This document shows, one piece after another, positions 12,585 through 23,027 of a stretch of 64,000 nucleotides of DNA (position 1 is the first letter of the stretch; every line of letters begins with the position of its first letter). The notes beneath the pieces are model-generated. The model was not told the origin of the DNA. It did no database searches and saw only the letters and a list, made by a program, of their open reading frames with translations. The DNA is from Candidatus Omnitrophota bacterium (lineage in GTDB: Bacteria > Omnitrophota > Gorgyraeia > Zapsychrales > Fredricksoniimonadaceae), in NCBI GenBank assembly GCA_028865345.1, contig JAGWKL010000001.1:63296-127295 (forward strand). The letters are read 5' to 3'. Made by a program: the position numbers and the translations under genes.

Positions 12585-15500
12585 TTAATCTCCGTGGGTT
12601 CTTCTTGGGTTTCCGGGACTTGCGGCGCTGAGCCTTCCGCTTTTTCCATACGGATGTCCAGGCAAAGCCCCTGCAATTCTTTCACCAAAACGTTGAACGA
12701 TTCCGGGATCCCGGGCGAAAGCGCCTGTTCCCCCTTGACGATCGCCTCATAGATGCGGCTCCTGCCCGTCACGTCGTCGGACTTAACGGTGAGCATCTCC
12801 TGCAGGGTGAAGGCGGCGCCGTAAGCTTCCAGGGCCCAGACTTCCATTTCTCCGAAACGCTGGCCGCCGAAATGGGCCTTTCCGCCCAGCGGCTGCTGGG
12901 TGACCAGGGAATACGGCCCGATGGAACGGGCATGGATCTTCTCGTCCACCAGGTGGTTGAGCTTAAGCATATAAATATAGCCGACCGTGACCTTTTGCTC
13001 AAAAGGCTGGCCTGAATGCCCGTCGAAAACAACGGCCTTGCCGTCCTCGGGAAGGTTGGCCTGCTTCAACAGTCCGCGGATCTCCTGCTCGGTGGCCCCG
13101 TTGAAAACAGGGGTCTCGCAATGGAACCCTAAAACTTTCGCGGCCCAGCCCAAATGCGTTTCCAGAAGCTGGCCCACGTTCATACGCGAAGGCACCCCCA
13201 GCGGGTTGAGGATGACGTCCACGGAACGGCCGTCTTCCAAAAAGGGCATGTCCTCTTCCGGAACGATACGGGAGACTATACCCTTGTTGCCGTGGCGGCC
13301 CGCCATCTTATCGCCGACCTGCAGCTTGCGTTTGGTGGCCACATAAACAACGACACGCTTCAAAACACCGGCCGGAAGCTCATCGCCCCGCCGGATACGG
13401 TCGGTTTCCAGGGTCTCATCCTCGCTCAATTCGGCCAGCTTGTCCGCATAGAAAACCATGATCTCGCGCGCTTCCGAGCCTTCTTCAAGGTCATCCATGG
13501 TCAGTTTGCCGACGCGCTTCTTGTCGATCCCCAAAGACTTGGCGAGCTTCTCGTCCTTTTCCCGGTTGATGATCTCAATCTCCTGGAGATAGTATTCCTT
13601 GATCTTGTTGATGGCCTGGGTTTCCTTGGCCTTGTCCTGTTTGGACTTGCGGCCGCGCTCATTGCGCTGGAAAACTTCCACATTGACCACAAAGCCTTCG
13701 ATGCCCGGCGGCAGCGTCAAAGAGGTGTCGCGGACATCCGCGGCCTTTTCACCGAAGATGGCGCGCAGCAGGCGCTCCTCGGGAGAAAGTTCCTTTTCGC
13801 TTTTGGGCGTGACCTTGCCGACCAGGATGTCGGTGGCCTTGACCTCGGCACCCACCCGCACGATGCCCTCCTCGGTCAAGTCCTTCAGGGACTCTTCAGC
13901 GACGTTGGGGATGTCGCGGGTGATCTCTTCGTTGCCCAGGCGTGTCTCGCGGCATTCGCATTCAAAACGTTCGATATGGATCGAGGTAAACACGTCTTCG
14001 CGCACAATGCGCTCATTGATCAAAATGGCGTCCTCAAAGTTATAACCGCGCCAGGGCATGAACGCAACCAGTACGTTGCGGCCCAGGGCCAAACGCCCTT
14101 CCTGGGTGCCGATGCCGTCCGCGATGGTCTGGCCGGCCTCCACCTTCTGGCCCGGCTTGACCAGCGGCCGCTGGTGCACGCAGGTATTGGCATTGGAACG
14201 CTGAAAATTCTTCAAGGGATAGGATGTTTTGCCGATGACGATCTCGCGGCCGTCAACCTTGCTGACCGTGCCGCCTTCCTGGGCGAGGACCACAACCCCG
14301 GAGTCACGGGCCACTTTTTCTTCCATGCCTGTTCCCACCAGGGGCACTTCCGGGATCATGAGCGGCACCGACTGGCGCTGCATGTTGGAACCCATCAGCG
14401 CGCGGTTGGCGTCGTCGTGCTCCAAAAACGGGATCAGGGCCGCGGCGACGCTGACCAGCTGTTTGGGGGAAACGTCCATGTACTCGACCTTTTCCGGCTT
14501 GACCCTGGGGAAATCCCCTTTGTAACGGCAGGAGACCAGGCTTTCCGTAAATTTGCCATGCTCATCCACCGGCGAGTTGGCCTGGGCGATGTATTTGTTC
14601 TGGTCCACGTCCGCGGTCAGGAACTCATATTTCTTGGAAACTTTGCCGTCGACAACTTTGCGGTACGGCGTTTCGATAAAGCCCAGCTCGTTGACGCGGG
14701 CACAGGTCGTCAAAGAGGCGATGAGGCCGATGTTCGGGCCTTCAGGTGTTTCAATGGGGCACACGCGGCCGTAATGGGTCGGGTGCACGTCGCGCACTTC
14801 GAAACCGGCGCGCTCGCGGCTCAAACCGCCGGGACCCAGGGCCGACATGCGGCGCTTGTGGGTCATTTCGGACAAAGGGTTGACCTGGTCCATGAATTGC
14901 GACAGCTGGCTGCGGGCAAAGAAATCCTGGATCTGGTTGGAGAACAAACGCGAGTTGATCAAATGATGCACGGTCAGGTTCTCAAAAGAGCTCATGACCA
15001 CCAAACGCTCCTTGATGGAACGCTCCAGGCGGGCGAGCCCGATGCGCACCTGGTTCTGGACCAATTCACCGACGGACTTGATGCGGCGGTTGCCCAAATG
15101 GTCGATATCGTCGCATTCGCCGGTGCCTTCACGCAGGGCGACCAGATATTTGATCACCGACACGACGGTCTCGATGTCCAGCACACGGTTGTCCATGGAC
15201 ACATTGGTGGCAAGCTTGCGGTTGACGATGTGCCGGCCGACCTTGGAAAGATCGTAGCGTTTGGGGTCAAAAAACAGCCGGAAGAACAGGGTTTCCGCCA
15301 CTTCCACGGTCGCAGGCTCGGTCGGACGCATTTTTCTGTAGAAATCCAGCAGGGCCTCTTCCTTGTTTGTCGTGTGGTCCTTCTCGAGGGTGTTTTTCAA
15401 CTTGTCAAACACATCGCCCAGCATTTTCTGCATGTCTTCCGACGACGAAAGGCCCATGATACGCAAAATCTGGCTGGCCGGGAAATTGCGGCGGCGGTCC

Positions 15501-16051
15501 ACGTAGGCGATCAGCACGTCGTTTAAGTCGTACTTGATCTCAAACCATGCGCCGCGGGAAGGGATCACGCGGCCGTAATAAATGCTTTTTCCCGTCGGAT
15601 GGGTCTCTTCTTCGAATGAGACGCCCGGCGGACGCTGGATCTGGGAAACCACCACACGCTCATCGCCGTTGATGATGAAGGTGCCGGTATCGGTCATGAG
15701 CGGGAAATCGCCGAAATAAACTTCCTGCTCTTTAATATCAACAGGGGTGATCAGCCGTAATTTGACTTTTAAGGGAGCGGCATAGGTCATGCCCCGGCGC
15801 TGGCACTCGTAGCGGGAATATTTTTCCTTGCCAATATTATAACCGATGTACTCCAGGCGGATCTGCGCATCATAGCTTTCCAGGGGAAACACCTCGCGGA
15901 AAACCTCTTCCAGACCCTGGTCCTTGCGCTTGTCCATCAGCATGTGCCGCTGCAGGAATTCTTCATAGGAGAGGGTTTGGATGTCAAGCAGCTTGGGCAG
16001 TTCGAAATTGTCCTGGAATTTACTAAAATCCTTGATTTTTAGCTTTTCCAT
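12581..16051 (-). CDS. rpoB: RNA polymerase beta subunit
   Basis: [26 protein letters not shown] and the Rif cluster SQLSQFMDQ; start placed at ATG 16051 (MEKLK). Confidence 0.99.
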   Translation of the reverse strand: MEKLKIKDFSKFQDNFELPKLLDIQTLSYEEFLQRHMLMDKRKDQGLEEVFREVFPLESYDAQIRLEYIGYNIGKEKYSRYECQRRGMTYAAPLKVKLRLITPVDIKEQEVYFGDFPLMTDTGTFIINGDERVVVSQIQRPPGVSFEEETHPTGKSIYYGRVIPSRGAWFEIKYDLNDVLIAYVDRRRNFPASQILRIMGLSSSEDMQKMLGDVFDKLKNTLEKDHTTNKEEALLDFYRKMRPTEPATVEVAETLFFRLFFDPKRYDLSKVGRHIVNRKLATNVSMDNRVLDIETVVSVIKYLVALREGTGECDDIDHLGNRRIKSVGELVQNQVRIGLARLERSIKERLVVMSSFENLTVHHLINSRLFSNQIQDFFARSQLSQFMDQVNPLSEMTHKRRMSALGPGGLSRERAGFEVRDVHPTHYGRVCPIETPEGPNIGLIASLTTCARVNELGFIETPYRKVVDGKVSKKYEFLTADVDQNKYIAQANSPVDEHGKFTESLVSCRYKGDFPRVKPEKVEYMDVSPKQLVSVAAALIPFLEHDDANRALMGSNMQRQSVPLMIPEVPLVGTGMEEKVARDSGVVVLAQEGGTVSKVDGREIVIGKTSYPLKNFQRSNANTCVHQRPLVKPGQKVEAGQTIADGIGTQEGRLALGRNVLVAFMPWRGYNFEDAILINERIVREDVFTSIHIERFECECRETRLGNEEITRDIPNVAEESLKDLTEEGIVRVGAEVKATDILVGKVTPKSEKELSPEERLLRAIFGEKAADVRDTSLTLPPGIEGFVVNVEVFQRNERGRKSKQDKAKETQAINKIKEYYLQEIEIINREKDEKLAKSLGIDKKRVGKLTMDDLEEGSEAREIMVFYADKLAELSEDETLETDRIRRGDELPAGVLKRVVVYVATKRKLQVGDKMAGRHGNKGIVSRIVPEEDMPFLEDGRSVDVILNPLGVPSRMNVGQLLETHLGWAAKVLGFHCETPVFNGATEQEIRGLLKQANLPEDGKAVVFDGHSGQPFEQKVTVGYIYMLKLNHLVDEKIHARSIGPYSLVTQQPLGGKAHFGGQRFGEMEVWALEAYGAAFTLQEMLTVKSDDVTGRSRIYEAIVKGEQALSPGIPESFNVLVKELQGLCLDIRMEKAEGSAPQVPETQEEPTEIK

Positions 16052-16078
16052 AAGGTCCTTTTGGCTTGAAAATAAGAG

Positions 16079-16121
16079 CAAGACGAGGCAGTCCCTCTCT
16101 AAGAAGGATTGCCTTGTCTTG
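16079..16121 (-). terminator. Stem-loop between rplL and rpoB (terminator/attenuator-like)
   Basis: Minus strand CAAGACAAGGCAATCC...GGACTGCCTCGTCTTG imperfect inverted repeat followed by CTCTTATTTTC. Confidence 0.6.
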
Positions 16122-16144
16122 AAACTTGGGGCTGTTGAGCCGTC

Positions 16145-16552
16145 TTACTTGAGTTCAACTTTACCGCCCGCAGCTTCGATCTTTTTCTTGAGATCTTCAG
16201 CTTCGGCTTTGGGAACAGCTTCCTTGATGGTTTTGGGAGCTGACTCGACCAAGGTCTTGGCTTCAGCCAACCCTAAGTTGGTCACCGCGCGCACTTCCTT
16301 GATAACGCCGATCTTCTTGGCAGGATCAACTTCCTTTAAAATGACGTCAAAGGACGTTTTCTCCTCGGCGGGAGCGGCAGCTGCGGCACCACCACCAGCG
16401 GCGGCAACGGCCACAGGGGCCGCGGCGGAAATACCGAGACGGCTTTCCATGGCTTTGACCAGTTCGGCCAATTCCAGGACAGTCAAGCTGGTGACTTCCT
16501 TGTAGATCCCCTCAAGTTTGGGGGCCAATTCTTTAACGGCTGTTTCGGACAT
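16145..16552 (-). CDS. rplL: 50S ribosomal protein L7/L12
   Basis: [31 protein letters not shown]. Confidence 0.99.
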   Translation of the reverse strand: MSETAVKELAPKLEGIYKEVTSLTVLELAELVKAMESRLGISAAAPVAVAAAGGGAAAAAPAEEKTSFDVILKEVDPAKKIGVIKEVRAVTNLGLAEAKTLVESAPKTIKEAVPKAEAEDLKKKIEAAGGKVELK

Positions 16553-16568
16553 CGAACTTCCTCCCTTT

Positions 16569-17081
16569 TTAACTTTTCTGTTTTAAAATGGACATCAAAT
16601 CACGGGTCTTGCCGTTCAACGCACCGGCAAAACGGCTCACGGGCGCCGCCATAAGGCCTAACAATGTGGCCAGCAGCACCTCACGGGGCGGCAGATCGGA
16701 AAGTGTTTTGATCTGGTCTTCCGTCAATACGGCTCCGTCGAGCATTCCGCCGCGGACCACAAACCCTTCACAGTCCTTGGCGAACTTGACAAGGACCTTG
16801 GAAACTTCACAGGCATCCGCATCGCTTAAGATCAGGGCCATCTGGCCTTCAACGCGGTTGGCCAGGTCTTCGCATTTGGCTTCCTTCAGGGCAATGCGCG
16901 CCACCGACGATTTGGAAACCAGAACTTCAGCTTTCTTGCGCTTCAGGTCCTTGCGCAAAACATTCATTTTGGCGGAAGAAACGCCGCGGTAAGAAACCAC
17001 AAAGGTGCTGGACCTCTGCGCCACGCCTTCCTTGACGGAAGCGGCCATTTTTTGACGGAAAAGCGTCCCGACTTTCATCAT
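16569..17081 (-). CDS. rplJ: 50S ribosomal protein L10
   Basis: YRG...LRK and [12 protein letters not shown]; between rplA and rplL. Confidence 0.95.
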   Translation of the reverse strand: MMKVGTLFRQKMAASVKEGVAQRSSTFVVSYRGVSSAKMNVLRKDLKRKKAEVLVSKSSVARIALKEAKCEDLANRVEGQMALILSDADACEVSKVLVKFAKDCEGFVVRGGMLDGAVLTEDQIKTLSDLPPREVLLATLLGLMAAPVSRFAGALNGKTRDLMSILKQKS

Positions 17082-17761
17082 ATCGCCACCTTCACTCCCG
17101 GTCCCATGGACGTTGCCAGGGCCAGACTCTTGATCAAATTGCCTTTGACCGCCGCGGGTTTGGCATGGTTGACCGCTTCAATGACCTGCTGGGCGTTTTC
17201 CACCAGCTTGTTTTCATCAAAGGACCTCTTGCCGATCCCTAAATGGATGCCCCCCTGCTTGTCGGACTTGAATTCGACGCGGCCGGCCTTGACTTCCTTG
17301 ATGGCGCGCTCCACATCCGCGGTCACGGTCCCGGCTTTGGGCGTCGGCATAAGCCCGCGCGGCCCCAAGAGCTTGCCTAATTTACTTAAGTCACGCATCA
17401 TGTCAGGGGTTGCCACCACAACATCAAAATCCATAAAACCACCGTTGACTTTCTCAATAAGGTCATTGTCACCCACAAAATCTGCGCCCGCTGCCTGGGC
17501 CTTGGAGGCGGCCTCGCCTTTGCAGAAGGCGGCCACGCGTACTTTTTTGCCGATGCCATGGGGAAGCACGACGGTGCCGCGCACGCCCTGGTCCGAGGCT
17601 TTCAAATCCAAATTTAAGTTAAAATGCAGTTCGACGGTCTCATCAAATTTGACCTTGGGGGCCTTGCTCAGGCGGTTGATCGCCTCCTGCAAAGTCAGGG
17701 GCTTTTCAATCGTGCCAATGGCTTTTTGGGCTTCCTTCATTCTTTTACTTAAACGGGACAT
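17078..17761 (-). CDS. rplA: 50S ribosomal protein L1
   Basis: KFDETVE, LPHGIGK, LGPRGLMP, SMGPG; start moved to ATG 17761. Confidence 0.98.
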   Translation of the reverse strand: MSRLSKRMKEAQKAIGTIEKPLTLQEAINRLSKAPKVKFDETVELHFNLNLDLKASDQGVRGTVVLPHGIGKKVRVAAFCKGEAASKAQAAGADFVGDNDLIEKVNGGFMDFDVVVATPDMMRDLSKLGKLLGPRGLMPTPKAGTVTADVERAIKEVKAGRVEFKSDKQGGIHLGIGKRSFDENKLVENAQQVIEAVNHAKPAAVKGNLIKSLALATSMGPGVKVAI

Positions 17762-17765
17762 ATGA

Positions 17766-18191
17766 TTATCCTTTGACCTCAATGCCCATGGAACGGGCCG
17801 TACCCTTGACCGTGGCGATGGCCTCGGACATGTCAATGGTATTTAAATCATCCATTTTCATTTTGGCGATCTCCTCGACCTGCTTGAGCGTCAAGGATCC
17901 TATCACTTCCTTGCCCGCCGTGCCTGAAGCCTTGGCCAGTTTGGCGCTCTTTTTGATCAACGCCGACGTCGGGGGCGTTTTGATGACGAAATCGAACGAT
18001 TTGTCCTTGTAAACCGTGATGACGACCGGCAAAGGCAGCGGATCCTTGCCCTTGGTCTTGTCATTAAAGGACTTGCAAAACATCATGATGTTGACGCCAT
18101 GCTGGCCCAATGCAGGACCGACCGGCGGGGCCGGGTTCGCTTGGCCCGCGGGAACGTACAATCTGATCTGTGCAACAGCCTCTTTAGCCAT
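17766..18191 (-). CDS. rplK: 50S ribosomal protein L11
   Basis: [15 protein letters not shown] and GTARSMG. Confidence 0.99.
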   Translation of the reverse strand: MAKEAVAQIRLYVPAGQANPAPPVGPALGQHGVNIMMFCKSFNDKTKGKDPLPLPVVITVYKDKSFDFVIKTPPTSALIKKSAKLAKASGTAGKEVIGSLTLKQVEEIAKMKMDDLNTIDMSEAIATVKGTARSMGIEVKG

Positions 18192-18251
18192 AACAACTCT
18201 CTGATAGCGGTTTACGAAAGCTGCCGGTGAGGGCAGTCGGGCGCCATCCTC

Positions 18252-18776
18252 CTATATTTTTTCAACCTGCCAATATTCGAGCTCCACGAGTGTCGAACGA
18301 CCGAAAATAGAGACACTGACCTTTAATTTGCCGCGATCCGGATAAACTTCCATGACCGAACCGTTAAAATTCGCGAAAGGCCCCTGCGAAATACGAATGG
18401 CCTCACCCACCTCAAAAACGACCTTGGGCGAAGGCTTGGACTCGGTTTCCTGCGTCCTCTTAAGGATGTTGTCCACCTCGGTCTCGGTCAACGGCTGCGG
18501 CTGGCGGCCGGGGCCGATGAAGCCTGTGATCCCGGGCGTTGTCTTGACCAAATACCAGCTTTCCTTGGTCATCTCCATCTTAACGAGCAGATAGCCCGGA
18601 AAAAACTTGCGGCTGGTAATCCTCTTTTTGCCGCCGCGCACCTCGGAAACCTGTTCCGTGGGAACAACGACTTCCTCAATATATTTCTTCAATTCCGTCG
18701 TGGCAATACGGCTTTCGAGCCCCGCTCTTGCGCGCTCTTCGGCCCCTGTCTGCGTGTGAACTACATACCATTTCAT
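18252..18776 (-). CDS. nusG: Transcription termination/antitermination factor NusG
   Basis: MKWYVVHT, FFPGY, GPFANFNG (KOW), IFGRST. Confidence 0.98.
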   Translation of the reverse strand: MKWYVVHTQTGAEERARAGLESRIATTELKKYIEEVVVPTEQVSEVRGGKKRITSRKFFPGYLLVKMEMTKESWYLVKTTPGITGFIGPGRQPQPLTETEVDNILKRTQETESKPSPKVVFEVGEAIRISQGPFANFNGSVMEVYPDRGKLKVSVSIFGRSTLVELEYWQVEKI

Positions 18777-18778
18777 AG

Positions 18779-18964
18779 TTATTTAATTATGAGTGTAACG
18801 CCTCTGGAAAAAATGACGTCTGCAACCGCTATCAACAGCCCCAATAAAAATGAACTAAAAATTACGATCAGGGTCGAATCCACAAGTTCCCGGCGGGTAC
18901 ACCAGGAAACTTTTTTCATCTCCGCCATAACTTCACTGAAAAACTTTTGAATGCTTTGGACCAA
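18779..18964 (-). CDS. secE: Preprotein translocase subunit SecE
   Basis: EMKKVSW motif plus one TM segment; TTG start at 18964 after a GGAG/AAGGA SD; between tRNA-Trp and nusG. Confidence 0.9.
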   Translation of the reverse strand: MVQSIQKFFSEVMAEMKKVSWCTRRELVDSTLIVIFSSFLLGLLIAVADVIFSRGVTLIIK

Positions 18965-18989
18965 GATCCTTACTCCGCAATTATTAAAA

Positions 18990-19063
18990 CAGGCCTGGCA
19001 GGAGTCGAACCTGCAACGCACGGTTTTGGAGACCGTCGCTCTACCAATTGGAGCTACAGGCCT
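18990..19063 (-). tRNA. tRNA-Trp (CCA)
   Basis: AGGCCTGTAGCTCCAATTGGTAGAGC-GACGGTCTCCAAAACCGT-GCGTTGCAGGTTCGACTCCTGCCAGGCCTG; anticodon CCA; 3' CCA not encoded. Confidence 0.97.
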
Positions 19064-19123
19064 AATATTCCCTATTGCTTCGGCATCTGAGCCCGCGGCT
19101 TAAGGCCGTGCTATTGCTGTTGT

Positions 19124-19276
19124 TTATTTTTTCGTCTCTTTGTGCGGCGTGTATTTGCGACAAAAAGCACAAAATTTCTTAAACTCCAGGCGTTCCGGAT
19201 TTTGTTTTTTATCCTTGGTGCTGTTGTAATTGATGCGATTGCACTCGGTGCATTGAAAATGAATTGTCTCGCGCAT
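19124..19276 (-). CDS. rpmG: 50S ribosomal protein L33 (Cys-containing, zinc-binding type)
   Basis: MRETIHFQCTEC...KKFCAFCRKYTPHKE; start at ATG 19276. Confidence 0.96.
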   Translation of the reverse strand: MRETIHFQCTECNRINYNSTKDKKQNPERLEFKKFCAFCRKYTPHKETKK

Positions 19277-19354
19277 ATTTATTTTATCCTTGCGCTCCCC
19301 CGTCGGCTTAGGCACTGTCCCGCCGGAGTCACAGAAGAGAATTATTTTTAAAGA

Positions 19355-19427
19355 AGCCCTCGAGCGGGATTGAACCGCTGGCCTCGTCCTTACCAAGGAC
19401 GTGCTCTACCAACTGAGCTACAAGGGC
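19355..19427 (-). tRNA. tRNA-Thr (GGT)
   Basis: GCCCTTGTAGCTCAGTTGGTAGAGCACGTCCTTGGTAAGGACG...GGTTCAATCCCGCTCGAGGGCT; anticodon GGT. Confidence 0.97.
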
Positions 19428-19488
19428 ATGAGACTTTGCCGCCCCGCAGCAGTTCACCCATCCTAAATGGGCGAAATAATGAACCACG

Positions 19489-19517
19489 AGTATATCCGGC
19501 AGATATTATATTGTCAA
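19489..19517 (-). promoter_or_regulatory. Sigma70-type promoter for the tRNA-Thr/rpmG/secE/nusG/rplK unit
   Basis: TTGACA (19517-19512), 17-bp spacer, TATACT (19494-19489). Confidence 0.85.
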
Positions 19518-19531
19518 GAATATTTTTTGGT

Positions 19532-20734
19532 TTACAGGAGCCTTAAGAAGCGCCGCTTGCCGATCTTCAATACCCCGGCCGCGGGCGCCCAGTTTTCGTC
19601 GCTGACCGCCCCGCCTTCATGCGTAACAGCGCCTTCCTTGATAAGCCTTCTGGCCTCGTTCTTGGTGGCCACTATTTTCGTAACTGCCAAAATATCAATA
19701 ATTTTGTCACCTGAAGAAATTTTATACTCTGGGATATCGGCTGGCACCTGGTGCTGGCTGAATTGTTTCTCAAAATGTTCCCTTGCCTGAGTTCCTGCAC
19801 TGGGAGAAGACGTGGAGGCTCTAAGATTAAGGACTCGGGGAATCACAGTGACATCTTGATTTGAAGAATAAAACGTATCAACAATTATTTGAGCCAACTG
19901 CTTTTTGGCTTCCATGGGGTGCATTTTCTTGACTTCGTCCAGGTCCGCCTCGGTCAGGATTTCATAATAACGCAACATGAGCTCATCGCTGATCGACATC
20001 ACCTTACCGAAAATGTCATTGGGCGCCTCATTGATGCCGATGTAATTACCCAGGGACTTACTCATTTTATTGACCCCGTCGGTGCCTTCCAGCAAAGGCG
20101 TCATCAGCACCACCTGCGGTTTCTGTCCATGGGCTTCCTGCAGCTGGCGTCCCATGAGTAGATTGAATTTCTGGTCAGTGCCGCCCAACTCCACGTCGGC
20201 TTTGAGAAACACGGAATCGTAACCCTGAAGAAGCGGATAAATGAATTCCAGCAGGCTGATCTCTTTGCCGGACTCAAAACGTTTTTTGAAATCCGCCCGG
20301 GCCAGCATCTGCGCTACGGTCAGATGGGCGGACAATTCCATCAAATCTTGAGGCGTTAATTTATTCAGCCAATGACTGTTAAAAACAACCTTGGTTTTTT
20401 GGGGATCGAGGATCTTAAAAACCTGGGCTTTGTAGGTGACGGCATTCTTTTCGATCTCCGCCATGGACATCTTCTTGCGCAACTCATTGCGCCCCGTAGG
20501 ATCACCCACTTGCGCGGTAAAATCCCCAATAAGAAAAAAGACCTGATGTCCCAGGTCCTGGAATTGTTTAAGTTTACGCAATAAAACAGTATGGCCTAAA
20601 TGGATGTCCGGAGCTGTAGGGTCAAAACCGGCCTTGATGACCAGAGGCCTGCCTTCTTTAAGCTTGGACTCAAGGTCTCCGATGATCTCTGTGGCACCGC
20701 GGCTGAGTCTCTTGAGGGCTTCCTGTTGTGTCAT
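19532..20734 (-). CDS. tyrS: Tyrosine--tRNA ligase
   Basis: [13 protein letters not shown] (HIGH), [14 protein letters not shown]-terminal S4-like domain. Confidence 0.98.
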   Translation of the reverse strand: MTQQEALKRLSRGATEIIGDLESKLKEGRPLVIKAGFDPTAPDIHLGHTVLLRKLKQFQDLGHQVFFLIGDFTAQVGDPTGRNELRKKMSMAEIEKNAVTYKAQVFKILDPQKTKVVFNSHWLNKLTPQDLMELSAHLTVAQMLARADFKKRFESGKEISLLEFIYPLLQGYDSVFLKADVELGGTDQKFNLLMGRQLQEAHGQKPQVVLMTPLLEGTDGVNKMSKSLGNYIGINEAPNDIFGKVMSISDELMLRYYEILTEADLDEVKKMHPMEAKKQLAQIIVDTFYSSNQDVTVIPRVLNLRASTSSPSAGTQAREHFEKQFSQHQVPADIPEYKISSGDKIIDILAVTKIVATKNEARRLIKEGAVTHEGGAVSDENWAPAAGVLKIGKRRFLRLL

Positions 20735-20758
20735 ATTAAGGAAGTAAGGAAAAAAGCA

Positions 20759-20795
20759 ACAGGCACGACTTTCTTTTAAAGAAAATCGTGCCTGT
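20759..20795 (-). terminator. Intrinsic terminator after rpsA
   Basis: ACAGGCACGA...TCGTGCCTGT inverted repeat followed on the minus strand by TGCTTTTTT. Confidence 0.75.
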
Positions 20796-20803
20796 CACTA
20801 TTT

Positions 20804-22348
20804 TTATAATCTCGCGCTGACGCCGATCTTCATGCCTTCGACATCAACTTTGATGATCTTGACCTGGAGCTTGTCTCCCGGCTTCAAAGCATTGGCCTGG
20901 TTTTTGTCAATTTCCGAGGAATAGACCAGGGCCTCGATATCATCCGCCAATTTCACGAAAACGCCGAAATTGGAATTCATGATGACTGACGCATCGACGA
21001 CGGAACCGACCGGGAATTTCTCGGCGATGGTGCTCCACGGATTGGGCTGCATCTGCTTTAAACCCAGGGTGATCTTCCGGGCTTCGGCATCGACGCCCAG
21101 AACCATGACCTCAAGCCCCTCTCCCTTTTGCACCACTTCCTGGGGATGATTGATCTTTCTGGTCCACGACATGTCGGAAACGTGGATCATGCCTTCCAGT
21201 CCGTTCTCCAGTTCCACAAAAGCGCCATAATCGGTAAACCCGCGGATGACGCCCTTGGCCGGAGAACCCGCCTTAAACTTAGCCGCAGCGGAATTCCACG
21301 GATTTTCTTCCAATTGCTTCATGCTCAGGGAAATGCGCTTGGCATCCTTGTCCACATGAATGACCGCAACTTCGATGATGTCCCCCAATTTAAACATCTC
21401 CTGGGGATTGACCATTTTTTTCTGCCAGGTGATCTCGGAAGAATGCAGAAGCCCTTCGATGCCCTTGTCGATCTCTACAAAAACACCGTAAGGCATGATA
21501 TTGACGATCTTGCCCTTGATGCGGGTCCCCGGCGGGAATTTGGCCGCGGATTCATCCCAGGGGTTGGAAGTGATCTGCTTGAGGCCCAAAGAGACCTTGG
21601 AGTTGTCCTTGTCAAAATCCAGGACCAGCACCTCGACCTTCTGTCCGACGGAAACAATTTCGGAAGGATGGTTGATGCGGCTCCAGCTCATATCGGTGAT
21701 ATGCAGCAGGCCGTCCACCCCGCCCAAATCGATAAAAGCGCCGAAATCCGTAATGCCTTTGACCGTGCCGCGGCGCTTCTGGCCTTTTTTAAGTTCGGCC
21801 CAAAGCTTCTCGCGCACCTCTTCCCTTTCCTTCTGCACCATTTCCCGGCGCGAAAGGATGAGGTTACGGCGCTGCTTGTTCATTTTGGCCACGACAAACT
21901 TGTACGTATGTGTCGTGATGTCATGGTTGGAGAGCCCCTTGAACGCGGAGAGAGACATCGGCAAAAACGCCTCGATGCCGAAAACATCGACGATGTAGCC
22001 GCCTTTGACCGCGCGCACCACACGGCCTTCCAGGACGTCGCCTTCGTTGATATCATCGGAAATCTTCTGCCATCCTTTGAGCCGCTCGGCCTTGGCAAAG
22101 GACAGGATCAACCGGCCGTTGTCGTCCTCGATGTTCTCGATCAGGACCTCGAGCTGCTGGCCCACGGCCAACTGGGACGGGTCACGGAACTCCTCGATAG
22201 GGACAAAGCCTTCGGATTTAAACCCGATGTCCACGATGACCTCCTTGGGAGTGATCGCGGCGATGACCCCTTTTGAAACTTCGCCTTCCTTAATATCCTT
22301 CAAGGTGCTGGCGTACAACTCTTCCATTACTGATTTTTCTGAACTCAT
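20804..22348 (-). CDS. rpsA: 30S ribosomal protein S1
   Basis: Repeated S1 domains (DFGAFIDLGGVDGLLH, YGAFVEL); start placed at MSSEK after an AAGGA SD. Confidence 0.97.
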   Translation of the reverse strand: MSSEKSVMEELYASTLKDIKEGEVSKGVIAAITPKEVIVDIGFKSEGFVPIEEFRDPSQLAVGQQLEVLIENIEDDNGRLILSFAKAERLKGWQKISDDINEGDVLEGRVVRAVKGGYIVDVFGIEAFLPMSLSAFKGLSNHDITTHTYKFVVAKMNKQRRNLILSRREMVQKEREEVREKLWAELKKGQKRRGTVKGITDFGAFIDLGGVDGLLHITDMSWSRINHPSEIVSVGQKVEVLVLDFDKDNSKVSLGLKQITSNPWDESAAKFPPGTRIKGKIVNIMPYGVFVEIDKGIEGLLHSSEITWQKKMVNPQEMFKLGDIIEVAVIHVDKDAKRISLSMKQLEENPWNSAAAKFKAGSPAKGVIRGFTDYGAFVELENGLEGMIHVSDMSWTRKINHPQEVVQKGEGLEVMVLGVDAEARKITLGLKQMQPNPWSTIAEKFPVGSVVDASVIMNSNFGVFVKLADDIEALVYSSEIDKNQANALKPGDKLQVKIIKVDVEGMKIGVSARL

Positions 22349-22411
22349 TGACTTGAATCCTTCTTTCTTCATAGGAATTCTTTGCGATGAACTGCGCCGC
22401 AAAGTTTGGTC

Positions 22412-22439
22412 ATTATGCCAAAAAGGGCCTAAATGTCAA
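22412..22439 (-). promoter_or_regulatory. Sigma70-type promoter for rpsA
   Basis: TTGACA (22439-22434), 16-bp spacer, TGgCATAAT extended -10. Confidence 0.65.
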
Positions 22440-22448
22440 CTGAAATCT

Positions 22449-23027
22449 TTACGCTAAGGCGTAAATTTTATCCAGGATGCGCTGGGAGGCCTCTTCGTAA
22501 GAGGGGGCATCTTTGACGTAAAACGGTTCGCCGAAGATCGCGAAGACGCGGCCGCGTTTGAGGGATTTGGTGCCCGGCGCCATGACCTTGTCCGTGCCCT
22601 TGACGTAAACAGGCACGATAGGCACCCCGGATTTCATGGCTAAAAATCCAACGCCTGCTTGGGCTTTGGATGGAGCGTTGCCGATGCGCCGAGTGCCTTC
22701 CACAAAGATCAGTATCACGCGCCCCATTTTCAGGCGCTTGAGCGCTTCCCTCATGGCACCGAAATCCGCTTCCCCCCTTTTGACCGGAAAGGACCCCAAC
22801 CGCGTGAGGATAAATCCCAACACGCCTTTGAACAATTCTATCTTGGCCATAAAATTCAGGCGCCGGACCGAAGATATCCCCAAAAGCACAGGGTCCAGGT
22901 TGCTGATGTGATTACTGGCCAGGATAAAGGCGCCCTGGCGCGGGATTTTTTGCGTTTGAAAGGCGGTAAATGGAAAATAAAACCAGCTGACGACCTTGGT
23001 TAGGAAGTAAACGATGTAGTAGATCAT
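22449..23027 (-). CDS. plsC: 1-acyl-sn-glycerol-3-phosphate acyltransferase
   Basis: NHISNLD (HX4D), EGTR, PIVPV motifs. Confidence 0.9.
   Translation of the reverse strand: MIYYIVYFLTKVVSWFYFPFTAFQTQKIPRQGAFILASNHISNLDPVLLGISSVRRLNFMAKIELFKGVLGFILTRLGSFPVKRGEADFGAMREALKRLKMGRVILIFVEGTRRIGNAPSKAQAGVGFLAMKSGVPIVPVYVKGTDKVMAPGTKSLKRGRVFAIFGEPFYVKDAPSYEEASQRILDKIYALA

Noticed and set aside
13154-15526. 790-aa plus-strand ORF
   Set aside because: It is fully antisense to rpoB and has no motifs; a shadow ORF caused by GC3 codon bias. The same applies to 4414-5433, 9792-10697, 10710-11651, 21128-22276, 45606-46694 and 54888-55889.
18965-19021. N-terminal extension of the secE ORF (and similarly rpmG to 19396)
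   Set aside because: The extensions run into tRNA genes, so they are not coding.
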